This document shows positions 1 through 12,208 of a DNA stretch of 64,000 nucleotides, piece after piece. The stretch's first letter is position 1. Each line of letters starts with the position of its first letter. Source of the DNA: Octopus vulgaris (lineage: Eukaryota); contig OX597825.1 in assembly GCA_951406725.2 (NCBI GenBank), forward strand, positions 71,362,001 through 71,426,000. Direction: 5' to 3'. A program made the position numbers and the translations under genes. Under the pieces are notes generated by a model. The model searched no databases. It was not told the DNA's origin and saw only the letters and a list, made by a program, of their open reading frames with translations.

Positions 1-610
1 CATGTTCTTGCAGGTCATAATGTATCCATTTAATGTGCAGTCTGTGTTTTGCAGGTCATAGTGTATCTAGGGCTATATCATTTAATGTGCTGTCTGATTT
101 AAAAGCAATACGGTCAGTGTTTTTGCAGGTCATAATGTACCTAGGATTACATTATTTAATGTGCTGTCTGATTTAAGGGCAATATGGTTAATGTGTTTTT
201 TGCAGGTCATAATGTACCTAGGATTACATTATTTAATGTGCTGTCTATGATTTGAGAGAAATTTGGTTGCTGTGTTTTGCAGGTCATTGTGTATGTAGGA
301 CTACACAGGGTGTCCATAAAGTCCCTTTACAATATTGAGTTTAAACGTATGGAAGTTGTAAAGATAATTCATAGACACCCTATATTACTTAATGTGTTGG
401 CTGTGATTTAAGAGAAATTTAGTTGCTGTATTTGCAGGTCATAGTGTATCTAGGACTACATTATCTAGTGTGTCCTATATTATTTTAAAAGATGGTAAAA
501 TATGATTTGTTATTTCTTACAATAGGATAGATTATCTGATATATCCTATTTAAAAAAAAAATATTAGAATGCAATTTGAGGGAGATTTGGTTACTATTTC
601 TAATAGGCCA
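1..610. repeat. Degenerate ~70-80 bp tandem repeat
   Basis: TTGCAGGTCATA(A/G)TGTA...TTTAATGTGCTGTCT recurs about six times. Confidence 0.8.
306..382. mobile_element. Tiny Tc1/mariner-type MITE inside a tandem repeat
   Basis: CAGGGTGTCCATAAAGTCCCTTTACA ... TGTAAAGATAATTCATAGACACCCTA, imperfect TIRs. Confidence 0.6.
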
Positions 611-1083
611 GTCTGGCATTCCCATACCCAATGAACTCTTTTTCCTTAAGATGACTGCTATTTCTAGCTAGTTTATTATCCACATGGAGACTTCTTCGGC
701 TTAGTTTTTCAAGTGTTTCATTCATCTGTGTCTATTTTATGTATATTTTTATGTATATATGTATGCATATATGTGTATATGTCTATGTAATACATACATA
801 CTATATATATAAATATATTTTAGCTATTGTTGCATTTACAGACATGTAAACACCTTGCCTTTATATAAACAGCTGTATGTACAGGTAAAGGGTGATCAGG
901 TGGTCTAGTTTCAGTCCTGTGTTGGGATTTCCTCAACCACTAACTACTTCTTTGTCTATGGACTATGGAAACACTGCTTTTAAATCCACTATTATAAAGG
1001 GATAAATTAAATTGGTTAGACCAATTTGCGTATATAATATATTGTTGATAGCTTGTAATAGTTGTTTGTAAGCTATCAACTTA

Positions 1084-1455
1084 CAAGTACATCAACATCA
1101 AAATAAATATCAAATGGAAATTGTAATTCTGATACCTGTGCCGGTGGCACATAAAAAGCACCATCCGAATGTGGCCAATGCCAGCGCTGCCTTGACTGGC
1201 TTCTGTGCCGGTGGCATGTAAAAAGCACCAACCAATCGTGGTCACTGCCAGCCTCCCCTGGCACCTGTGCCAGTGGCACGTAAAAAGCACCCACTACACT
1301 CACAGAGTGGTTGGCATTAGGAAGGGCATCCAGCTGTAGAAACACTGCCAGATCAGACTGGAGCCTGGTGCAGCCTCCTGGTTTCCCAGACCCTGGTCGA
1401 ACCGTCCAACCCATGCTAGCATGGGAAACGGACGTTAAACGATGATGATGATGAT
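1084..1455 (+). mobile_element. 3' UTR/tail of the RTE LINE family (short 5'-truncated copy)
   Basis: Reverse complement of 40271-40560, ending in (GAT)n. Further tail copies at ~4320-4570, 11120-11460, 12430-12615, 23350-23515, 29360-29720 and 57317-57465. Confidence 0.85.
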
Positions 1456-2684
1456 AGGTATGAAGAGAAGATAAAAATCACTATAAATTGGCCCAGCAGG
1501 AATAAGTCAACAACAGAACCTCTTTGCATTGGCTTGACATGCTAGAAATGGTAGGCAAACCCACATTGCTTTCTATCATCCACCATATATGACATGATAG
1601 ATAATGCAGTTGAGGGCTTATTAATTATGCCTGGAGTGGTGGATGGGGGTAAAACCCCGAACAAATATATAGGATGATCTCTGCTGGAATGTTTTTGATC
1701 ACAGGTCTGCTTGATCAGAGCTAATCTGGGGATAAACAACAATATCAACACTACCATCACTGTCAGTGTTACGACCAACAATAATTACTTCAATATTTAC
1801 AGCTGTTTCACATCTGAATGTATGAGTAGCTGGAGGGGGGTGGGGTGGGGTGGGGGAGATATTGATAAGAAACCTAACCAGTTTGTTATTGCATAAAAAT
1901 TGCTTGCTTGTTTTGTTGTTTAATCCATATGTAGGCTACACCAGATATGGAATTAATCCCATTCATATTGGATTGCAATTAAACTGCAGAACTGACACGA
2001 GCAACCGCCGCTAACGGGGTTGGGTGGATGGGGGGAACTTTCTAAATTAAAGCAAAATGTTAAACAAAAAGGCAAGTGAAACAAAACAAAACAATTTCAT
2101 CAATTTATAAGTATCTATCTGCAATATATCTGATGTCTGTTCCACCAGTTTTATTCTGCCAGAATCATAGACTTTGATCTTGTACTCTGGTTTCCTTCAT
2201 TCCCAGAAGCAGATAAATCTTTTACATTTTACTGTTGGTATGATAATATTAAGGATGAGGAAAATGATCATAATAATAATTATAATAATTGTTTTAATTT
2301 AGATGCAAGGCCAGCAATTTTAAGGTTAGTGGGTTAGTGGGTCACACAGACAATCATGGTATTTGACTGGTACTTTATTTTATTAACCCTGAAAGGATGA
2401 AGGGCAAAATTGACTTTAGAGGAACTTGAACTTGACCCTTATTTGGGGACCTTTTGAGCGGGATGGGTTACTCAACCATTCTAAAATTCTGAGCCCAACC
2501 TGCAAGGCCATGTGCTGTTTATCCTGATATCAGATCACCATGTCACACACATGGTTGTGATGCATGTGCCTAGTGTACCCTTATCAGACGTGTAGTCATG
2601 ATGGGTATACTGGGCTTTGTATATTTTACCCCAGTGTAACTTTGATGGCATGCACTGCTCTCTCACTCAATAATAATAATAATA

Positions 2685-3555
2685 ATTTCTTCTATAGGCA
2701 CAAAGCCTGAAATTTTGGGGGAGGGGACTAGTCGATTACATCAACCCCAGTGTTTCACTGGTACTTAAGGCAAAGTCAACCTTGGCGGAATTTGAACTTC
2801 GAACATAAAGATGGACAAAATGCCGCTAAGCACTTTGCCTGGCTTGTTAACATTTCTGCCAGTGTGCCACCTTTATAATAATAACAATCCTTTTTATTAT
2901 GGGCACAAAGCCTGAAATTGTGGGGGAGGGGCCAGTTGATTACAGTGACCCCAGTGTTTCACTGGTACTTATTGACCTCAAAAGGATGAAAGGCAAAGTC
3001 AACTATGGTGGAATTTGAACTCAGAACATAGCAACAGGCGAAATACTGCAAAGCTTTTCATCCATAATAATAATAGTAATAATAATAATAATAATAATAA
3101 TGATTTCAAATTTTGGCACAAGGCCAGCTGTTTTACAGAAAGGAGTAAGTTGATTACATCAACCCCAGTGCTCAATTAGTGCTTATTTTTATTGACCCTG
3201 AGAGGATGAAAGGCAAAGTCAACCTTAATGGAATTTGAACCCAGAATGTAAAGAGCTGGAGGAAATGCTGCTAAACATTTTATCTGACACACTGTCTCTG
3301 TTGGTTCATCAACATTAGCTAATAATAATAATAATATTAATAATCCTTTCTACTCTAGGCACAAGGCCTGAAATTTGCTGGGGGTAAGGGTTAGTTGATT
3401 GCATCAACTTCAGTGCTCAATGGCTACTTATTTTGTTGGCCCTGAAAGGATGAAAGGTAAAGTCAACCTTGGCAAAATTTGAAATCAGACCATAAGGAAT
3501 TGACAGAAATGTAGCTCAGTATTTTGTGCAGTGTGCTAGTGATTCTGCCAGCTCG
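2685..3555 (-). mobile_element. Array of four same-orientation SINEs (GCCTTTCATCCTTTC family) separated by (AAT)n
   Basis: Units at ~2685-2872, 2887-3060, 3103-3300 and 3342-3555, each containing the core (ggatgaa)aggcaaagtcaac...aatttgaa. Confidence 0.85.
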
Positions 3556-5217
3556 TCTAACAACAATGATAGGGATGATTTCTTTATGGACCTCAAGGGC
3601 TCGAAGTGATACAATAAAGTGTGATGGAATGTTAGCGACAACAGAGTTTACAATGCATTTTGAGTTGGACAAAGTTATATAAAAACATGGGTTGGGGTGA
3701 TGACATTCTACAGTATGCGGATTAAAAATTTTAAATTATACAAAATAAATATGTGAATATTATAAATAAAAAACACAGAAATAAAAGATAATTTATCGGG
3801 TTACATGTCTTAATGTTAATCTCATTTTAATATTTCTGTCTGTCCTTCCCGCCTGACTGTCTATATGACTCTGTCTCTGTCTCTCTCTCCCTCTCTGTCT
3901 CTGTCTCAAATCTTTCTCTCTCTCTCTCTCTCTCTTGAATATTTCCCTTTATGTGTATGAGGAGAAGGAAAGTGTTCAATCAATAAATTGTAATATCTTT
4001 CTCTCTCCCCCCGTCTCTATATGTACATTTCTGAACACATGTGTGTTTAATTCCAGAGCCAAAAAGTCCTGTTGCCAAAATTGGTTTTGTGTCCAGTCAG
4101 CCATGCCAAATTGTCAGTGTCTAAAATACTGTGCCCTTTTGTCTCATTGTGCACAATAGTGTCCACTCTGTTAATCTCTTCCATTACTGCTCTTTCATAG
4201 CTATGAATCTGTTCATCTCATACTTTACCCTCTCTCGTTATCTTGCTTAAAATCATCGCTTTCTTTCTTAATCTCCTGTCAGCCAGGGAGACTCTGTTGG
4301 CTCTCCAGGTCTTGCAACTGGTGAGGCAACCTCATTAGTGCTGATCTCATGAAGAAAAGGCCCCCAGTACACTCCATAAAGTAGCTGGCAATAGGAAGGG
4401 CAACCAACTGTAGAAACCATGCCAAAACAGAGACATTAGAACTTGATACAATCCTCCACCTTATTGATTCCTGTTGACATGTCTGACCCCTATCCAATCC
4501 CATGCCCAATCTATGTCCAACCCATGCCAGCATGGAAAATGGCTGCAAAATGATGACAATTATGATGATTGGTCCTTCCTCTCTAATTTCTGGCATTGTG
4601 TTTTCTTACAAAATTATTATTAGAGTTGGTGGTGGTTAAGTTGCTGTTAGTAACGCAGCATTGTGTCCACTTGTCCACCTTGTTCCTGTCTGTCTGTCAT
4701 TTTCAAGTTATTTTGATGTTTGCTAGAGAAGCTGGGCATCGCAAAATCTAGGTCAGCTGAGTACACTAGTGACTGGGTCATGGAATTGCTGGGTTAATTG
4801 CATACAGAAGTAACTGGGAGTCACAAAATAGCTATGTTAACACTGTTTTTGGCCAAGGCACTTTACTGTCAAAGGCCAAGTTCACCAAATTCTAACCCCA
4901 AGTACTCAAGGGTTGTGTAGTTTTCATTTTGTTTTTTATTGTCAAAATGGGATCCTGTAAGTGGTTGTTCGATGTGCTAGAGATGGCAGCCAAATCTCCT
5001 TCAAATTGTGCTCTGCTGTTTTAAATAAGTGAGTAAGGTGGTAACTGAGTATCTCACAACAAATGTATAACAAGTAAGTTACATCATTGCATAACAATAG
5101 GTTTACTACAGCATCACATCAGAATTAGTTAACTGGGCAATTGAATGTTAAGTGGCAATGCTGGAGACCCATCATAGTAATAAAGACAAGGTCTTGTCAT
5201 GCAGAAACTTTGGAGTT

Positions 5218-5634
5218 AAGGTGGCGAGCTGGCAGAATCGTTAAGACGCTGGGCGAAATACTTGGCGGTATTTTGTCTGCCGCCATGTTCTGAGTTCAAA
5301 TTTCACCAAGGTTGACTTTGCCTTTCATCCTTTCGGGGTCAATTAAATAAGTACCAGTTACGCACTGGGGTCAATGTAATCGACTTAATCCATTTGTCTG
5401 TCCTTGTTTGTCCCCTCTGTGTGTAGTCCCTTGTGGGTAGTAAAGAAATAGGTATTTCATCTGCCGCTACATTCTGAGTTCAAATTCCGCCAAGGTCGAC
5501 TTTGCCTTTCATCCTTTCGGGGTCGATAAAATAAGTACCGGTTATACACTGAGATCGATATAATCAACTTAATCCATTTGTCTGTCCTTGTTTGTCCCCT
5601 GTGTATGTAGCCCCTTGTGGGCAGTAAAGAAATA
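5218..5634 (+). mobile_element. Dimeric SINE (GGCGAGCTGGCAGAA head; GACTTTGCCTTTCATCCTTTCGGGGTCGATAAA central domain)
   Basis: Body present twice head-to-tail; flanking repeat AGAAACTTT(G/A)GAG. Monomers or fragments at ~15530-15740, 20360-20580, 29160-29345, 34722-34930, 35505-35700, 36510-36726, 47958-48180, 52210-52410, 55215-55360, 60098-60300 and 60415-60570. Confidence 0.88.
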
Positions 5635-6985
5635 AGAAACTTTAGAGCTTGAGTGAGAGTGTATGTGTGTATTCATGTACACCTACACCACATGTGCATT
5701 AATTTACGTATGCTATCTATTGCAGTGCTTCATTTGATTACAGTAGGCAGCATATGTAAACTCGATGCAGGGTTGAATCATGATACAGCTAGTGGAGGTG
5801 CATGGCTTAGTGGTTAGGGTGTTGGACTCATGATCGTAAGATTGTGGTTTCAATTCCTGGACCAGGCAACAGGTTGTGTTCTTGAGCAAAACACTTCATT
5901 TCACCTTGCTCCATTTGACTCAGTTGTCAAAAATGTGTAATCCTGTGACAGACTGGCATTTTGTCCAGGTGGGGAATTTATACCCCACGAAACCAGGAAA
6001 CTGGCCCTTATGAGCTGGAATAACTTGAGAAGGTGCCTTTACCATAACACAACTCATTGTATCTGTATTGTGGTACTAACACCTACTTGTGCATACACAG
6101 ATGCATGTGCATGTACTTTTACTATTGGAGAAAAATAGATATAAACTTGTTTATGATGGTATACAGATTTATATATTATGGATCAATAAATCCATTCATT
6201 ATTGTTGTTATTAAGGTGGCAAGCTGACAAAATCGTTAAATGCATTGGGAAAAATGCTGATTGGCATTTCTTCCAGTTCTTTATATTGTGAGTTCAAATC
6301 CTGATTGTTTTTGGCTAAAACACTTTATTGTCAAAGGCCAAGTTCACCAAATTCTAGGCCCAGATACTCCAGGGTTGTATAGTTTTGTTTTTCGTTGTCA
6401 ACATCAGCAGCCAAAATTGGGATCCTGTAAGTGGTTACTCGATATGCTAGAGATAGCAGCCAAATGCCCTTCAAATTGTGCTCTACTGTTTTAAATAAGT
6501 GATGAAGGGCACATTACATGATTGTAGTCCTAATAAGACAGGATGGTCATAACTGAAAAGCTTTTTATTACAGGTCTATTTAATCAGGGTTGCCTTGAGC
6601 TAAACAACAATGTTAACCGTACTGTATATCCACCAATAAATGTGTTGCTATGGCGGCAGTGCTCCAGTTTGGGCTTGGACATGATTGCTAAACCAGACTG
6701 AAAAACCTAAATATAATATAACATTTAATTGAGAAACTAGGATATGTCCTGTCATATAATTCAGGAGTGTCAACTCAAACTGTTTGGTTATGTTAATTGA
6801 TTTTCTGAGTTGGATCCTGAATATCATATCCTCTTCTCTGAAGATCTGGCTGCAGAGATAGCTTGTGTTGGTCAGCCACATGGTCAAGCCAGATGGGAAC
6901 TGAGTGCAACACTGATCAGAGGGTTATCCAGGATGACCGAAGCAGATACTGAAAAATGCTGGATGTCACATGGTCAAGTCATATG

Positions 6986-7291
6986 TTTGTGGAGGCACAT
7001 GGCCTAGTGGTTAGAGCAGCGGACTTGCGGTCGAGGGATCACGGGTTTGAAACTCAGACCGGGCGATGTGTGTGTGTTTATGAGCGAAACACCTAAGCTC
7101 CACGCGGCTCCGGCAGAAGGTAATGGCGAACATCTGCTGACTCTTTCGCCACAACTTTCTCTCACTCTTTCCTCCTGCATCTTGCAGCTCACCTGCGACG
7201 GACTGGCGTCCCGTCCAGGTGGGGAACCTATACGTCAAGGAAACCGGGAAACTGGTCCTAATGAGCCAGGCATGGATCGAGAAGGAACAAA
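6986..7291 (+). mobile_element. tRNA-derived SINE (GGAGGCACATGGCCTAGTGGTTAGAGC head), full length
   Basis: A box TGGCCTAGTGG and B-box-like GGTTTGAAAC; TSD CAAGTCATATG at 6975-6985 and 7292-7302. Relatives at ~5793-6030 and ~63948-64000. Confidence 0.9.
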
Positions 7292-8356
7292 CAAGTCATA
7301 TGAGGAAGTATCTCACAGAGATAGGAATTAACTGGGACACTGATCAGAGGGTTATCCGGGATGATGAAAGCAAATACTGAAAAAATAGTGAATGTAGTGG
7401 TGTGCTGCAACAGTGCATGTTCCCATACTTGACCTGATTGTTTTCATATAAAGATGAGGCATATAAACATTCACTTGCATTCACACACTCTCAAATTGAT
7501 TGGTCATGTCTCAGTGGAACAGCATCAAAAGATGATCCAAGAATATGAACTGTTAACTGTATGTCTATTAGTTATCAGAAAGTGTATGTATATGAGGCAA
7601 AATCATGTAGTAAGGCAGGACAGTAAGTACATTATCAATTAGACATCATGTGATGGTTGTAAACAAGCATCACTGTTATATAAGTGATGCTGTTTCTAGT
7701 CTGCCATGAGAAAATCTGTCCAGCTGAGAAGAAAATATCTTGCCTGGAAACAGTTGAGGGTTGGCAACAGGAAGGGCATCCAGCCATAGAAAATCTGTTT
7801 CATTAAATTCCGTGCAACCCATGCAAGCATGAAAAAGTGAACATTAGATGTTGAAGATAACGAGAAATATGTGTGTGTCTCCCTGCCCTTACCTATCTAA
7901 TTATGGTTGTTCTATATATGGCTAAAATATTTATAAACTAGATCTTGTAGATTCCGTAAAACCATTGCGAAGCCCATTAGTTAGAGCAATATATATATTA
8001 TTCATAATATTGTAATATCATTACATCAATTTCGATATGGAAATAGATTTAAAGTAGGTTTTATGCACTCTCTCTTTCTCTCTCCCTCCTTTCCTCTCCA
8101 TATTGAAATAAAATTGTTACATTGTAATATGAGCGTTATTCAATCTTTATTAAAATAAGATGTTTCAGAATTTGTTACCTGACACATTCTGTGATGACAT
8201 CATTCTAGCAGCAGCTTTTATATATGTGTGTATGCGAGTGTGTGTGTGTACGTCTATATATATCTGTCTGTCTGTCTCTCTATACATACTTGTATGTATG
8301 TATATATCAACGAATGTCTGTCTATTTATATATGTGTGTGTGTGTGTATCAGGAAG

Positions 8357-8727
8357 TTTTACTCTTTTACTTGTTTCAGTCATTTGACTGTGGCCATGCT
8401 GGAGCACCACCTTTAGTTGAGCAAATCGACCCTAGGACATATTCTTTGTAAGCCTACTACTTATTCTATCGGTCTCTATTGCTGAGCCGCTATGTTATGG
8501 GGACGTAAACACACCAGCATTGGTTGTCAAGCAATGTTGGTGGGACAAACACAGATACACAAACATATTCACATACATACATATATATATACATATATAC
8601 GACGGGCTTCTTTCAGTTTCCGTCTACCAAATCCACTCACAAGGCTTTGGTCGGCCCGAGGCTATAGTAGAAGACATATGCCCAAGGTGGCACGCAGTGG
8701 GACTGAACCCGGAACCATGTGGTTGGT
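8357..8727 (-). mobile_element. SINE, family of 43009-43414, 5'-truncated
   Basis: Reverse-complement match. Confidence 0.88.
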
Positions 8728-9295
8728 GATGAATATGTGTCTAATGCATGGTGGTGGGGGTACAAATGTGATGTAGGAAAAAAAAAACCAAAAAAATAAA
8801 AGCCTGACGTGCTTTGTAGCATTATTGTATTTCTGAACCAGAAAATAGATTTCTCTTTTGGTAGCTTCTTAAAAATGTACTAGCAATGATGTTCTGTTCC
8901 TTGTACTACATGGTTCAATTTCTTGCTGCCTTTGAATGCTGTTTTATTGAGCAGGCTGCTGTCTTTACCAAACTCTTCAATCATCATCATCATTTAACAT
9001 CTGTTTTTCCATGCCGGCATGGGTCAGACTGTGTGACTGAATCTGGTGAGCAACAAAGCTGCATCATGTTCTATGTCAGCTTCGGCATGGTTTTGCCAAT
9101 CACTTTACACGTCAGCTTTCTGATCTGCAAAATGTTGGCTGGCTTGCCAAGCCAGAGGGGTGGTATCATTTGAAAGCTAAAACAAAGTGCATTGTGACTA
9201 GCGGTGTATAACAACTTCCAATTGTTTGGTCAATACTGTGATGTTACCATGATATATGTACAAACATACACAGTGGGATTCTTTCAGTCCCCACA

Positions 9296-9335
<40 letters not shown>

Positions 9336-9344
9336 TGTGTGTGT

Positions 9345-9595
9345 TACCATCTCCTTGACTTCAATTTACGTGATAGTTGTAAACGAGTGCCACCATCATG
9401 CAAGTGGTGTCGTTTGTTTCCAGCCTTCCACGGAAACCTGTTCAATCACTGGAAAATATTATCTTGCATGGAAACGGATGAGGATTGGTGACAGGAAGGG
9501 CAACCAGCTGTAGAAGATTTGCCTTTACAAATTCCATCTGACTCCTGCAAGCACAGAAAAGTGGATGTTATGATGATGATGATGATGATGATGAC
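9345..9595 (+). mobile_element. Interspersed repeat (SINE-like 3' part) ending GAAAAGTGGATGTT(ATG)n
   Basis: Similar copies at ~7640-7860 and ~23100-23315; shares AGGAAGGGCA(T/A)CCAGC with the RTE tail. Confidence 0.7.
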
Positions 9596-9852
9596 TACTA
9601 TTTAGAATCACTGAAGTCAAATTGGTGAAATGATATGGCTTATCTAGGAATTTAACTGAAGATTCTGTCCAGAATGTTAGACTTCTAGTTTGTTCAATCA
9701 TTTGTTTATTTTATGTCCATTTTTCCCATGCTAGCATGCATTGGATGAACAGTTATTTGAAGTTATCATTTAACAGTCAGATTCCTTTTCTGTCACCTAT
9801 TGTTATCACCTGATCCAGTCTCATATACATGCAATTGTTTGTATTCTCTTAA

Positions 9853-10060
9853 CCCTTTCGTTACTTATTTATTTTGAGATGCTCTGTGTTTCTTTCAATT
9901 ATTTTAAATATAACAAAGAATTTAGTAAAATAACTTTATTATCATTAAGCTACTGTTAGGAACATAAATTTTAACTAAGATTTGAATTCAAAACTTATGA
10001 AAACAAGACATTTATACTAAAGAGCCAGAGCCGGTTTCAGCTGGGTTGGTAACGAAAGGG
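9853..10060. mobile_element. piggyBac-type MITE, family 1
   Basis: TTAA|CCCTTTCGTTAC ... GTAACGAAAGGG|TTAA. Confidence 0.85.
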
Positions 10061-10524
10061 TTAAGAGGTCTCTGCAGTTTCTCGCTGAACAGCCTGCGCA
10101 GACAATTTGTTCATATAGTGATCAAATGTTTGTGCTGTCCATGATCTCATTTCCTTCCATCAAATTGACATTGTCTGTCCACATACACAATAGTTTTGCT
10201 CAAGAACACCACACACTGCCCAGTCTGGGAGTTGAAATCATGATTTCAAGACCATGAGTGCAACACCCTTACCATAAAGCTACATGCATACACACGACAG
10301 CTTGACTAATAGACAAAGGACTGGCAGTTCATATTCTCTTGTCACCTTCAGATGCCATTTCATTGAACAGGCTAATGCCTTTTCTCTGAGTAAGGGCCCT
10401 TTTTTAAAATTATTTCCAGTGCTTTTTCTACTGTGTAGAACAGCTGGTCATAATGTCAACAAGGAATGCAAACATCATGGCAGCTTTGCTCTGACAAAAG
10501 CAAGCCAAGCCATGAAATGTCACT

Positions 10525-10940
10525 AGGCACAGGCATGGTTGTGTGCTAAAAATCTTGCTTCCCAACCACATGGCTCCAGGTTCAGTCCCACTGTGTCGCA
10601 CCTTGGACAACTGTCCCCTACTATAGCCTGGGCCAACAAAGGTCTTGTGGGTGGATTTGGTAGATGGAAACTGAAAGAAGCCCATCATATATGTGTATGT
10701 GTGTGCGTGTATCTCATTGAGTCTGTGTTTGTCCTCCCACCATTGCTTAACCACTGTTGTCGGTGTGTTTATGTCCCTGTAACTTTGCGGTCCAGCAAAA
10801 GAGACTGATAGAATAAGTACTAGGCTTACAAAGAATAAGTCCTGGGGTGGATTTCTTTGACTAAAAAACCCTTTAAAGCAGTGCTCCAGCATGGCCTCGG
10901 TCAAATGACTGAAACAAGTAAAAGAAAAAGTAAAAGAATA
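10525..10940 (+). mobile_element. SINE, family of 43009-43414
   Basis: Shared head, core and tail. Confidence 0.85.
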
Positions 10941-11706
10941 TTCATACACAGAGATGTGTGGTTATGAAGCTTGTTTTGGAACACAGAGTTCCATGTTCAG
11001 TCCCACTGCATGGCACCTTAGGCAAGGATCTTCTACTATAACCCCCTACTGACCAGTGCCTTGTGAGTGAATTTGGTCGACAGGAACTGTGTGGAAACCC
11101 AGCAGGTGTATATGTGCATGCCAGTGTCATGCAACTGGCACCTGTGCTGGTGACACTTAAAAAGCACCCTTTGAACTTTGGGCCTCACAGAGGCAGTGAC
11201 AAGTGACCAAGACCTGTCAAGCCAAAGGAGGTCATAGTCATAGCCGATGCCAATATGTCATAACTGGTACCCATGCTGGTAACATGTAAAAAGCAGCCTC
11301 TACACTCTTGGAGTTGTTGGTGTTAGGAAGGGCATCGAGCTGTAGAAACCTTACCAAATCAGATTGGAACCTGGTGTGGTTCCCCAGTTTACCAGTTTTC
11401 AATCAAACCATTCAACCCATGCCAGCATGGAAAACGGACATTAAATGATGACGATAATGAGTGTCTTTGTGTTTTTAACACTTATCATTAATTCACAACC
11501 TGTGTTGGTTTGTTTTTGTTTACATTTCCGTAACTTAGCTGTTTGGTAAAAGAGATTGGTAGAATAAGTACCAGACTCATAAACTGTGTATATAGGGATG
11601 ATCTTTTCAACTAAAATCCTTCAAGTGCCTTCAGCATGGCTGTAGTCCAGTGACTGAAACAAATAAAAGATAAAGAAGCATATTATACGTGTGTGTCTAT
11701 ATTTAG

Positions 11707-11743
<37 letters not shown>

Positions 11744-11776
11744 GACCAAAGTTTACATACACCGCTACATTTTATG

Positions 11777-12208
11777 TATAAAAAACACAAAAATGGGACA
11801 AGAACGCAAAACACAGACAGTTAGGTAAAACACAAAAAGGAAAACAAAACATCCAGACAGATGATACAAGGAAAACAAGGACGGATCATTCGGAGTTTTC
11901 TATTCTCAGTCGAGTTCCAGATTATCTTTGCAATTTCAGCTGGTTATACTCGAGATTGCTCCAATCATGGCCAGCCCCAAGGAAAAATAAGCTAAGAGCA
12001 TTACATTCCTTGGAAGAAAGCAGTGAATGTATACGAAACAAGGACAGAAAAAAAAAAAGAAATGTCACACAAATATATATAACAGGACATAACAACAGGT
12101 GTCTTTCGACAAAGGATGTATCATCTGTCTGGATGTTTTGTTTTCCTTTTTTTGTTTTACCTAACTGTCTGTGTTTTGCATTCTTGTCCCATTTTTGTAT
12201 TTTATATA
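11777..12208. mobile_element. Element with ~90-bp inverted arms embedded in (TA/TG)n, probably Penelope-derived
   Basis: 11777-11868 is the reverse complement of 12117-12208; microsatellite flanks. Confidence 0.6.

Noticed and set aside
1044-1080. 11-bp-stem hairpin GTTGATAGCTT/AAGCTATCAAC as a terminator or miRNA
   Set aside because: Too short for a pre-miRNA, and intrinsic terminators are not relevant in this eukaryotic context.
6991-7065. tRNA gene
   Set aside because: The tRNA-like head continues into a SINE body, is flanked by a TSD, and is repeated at 46504.
10428-10949. 173-aa ORF (and 42981-43439, 20480-20983)
   Set aside because: They lie within or across multi-copy SINEs and have no protein motif.
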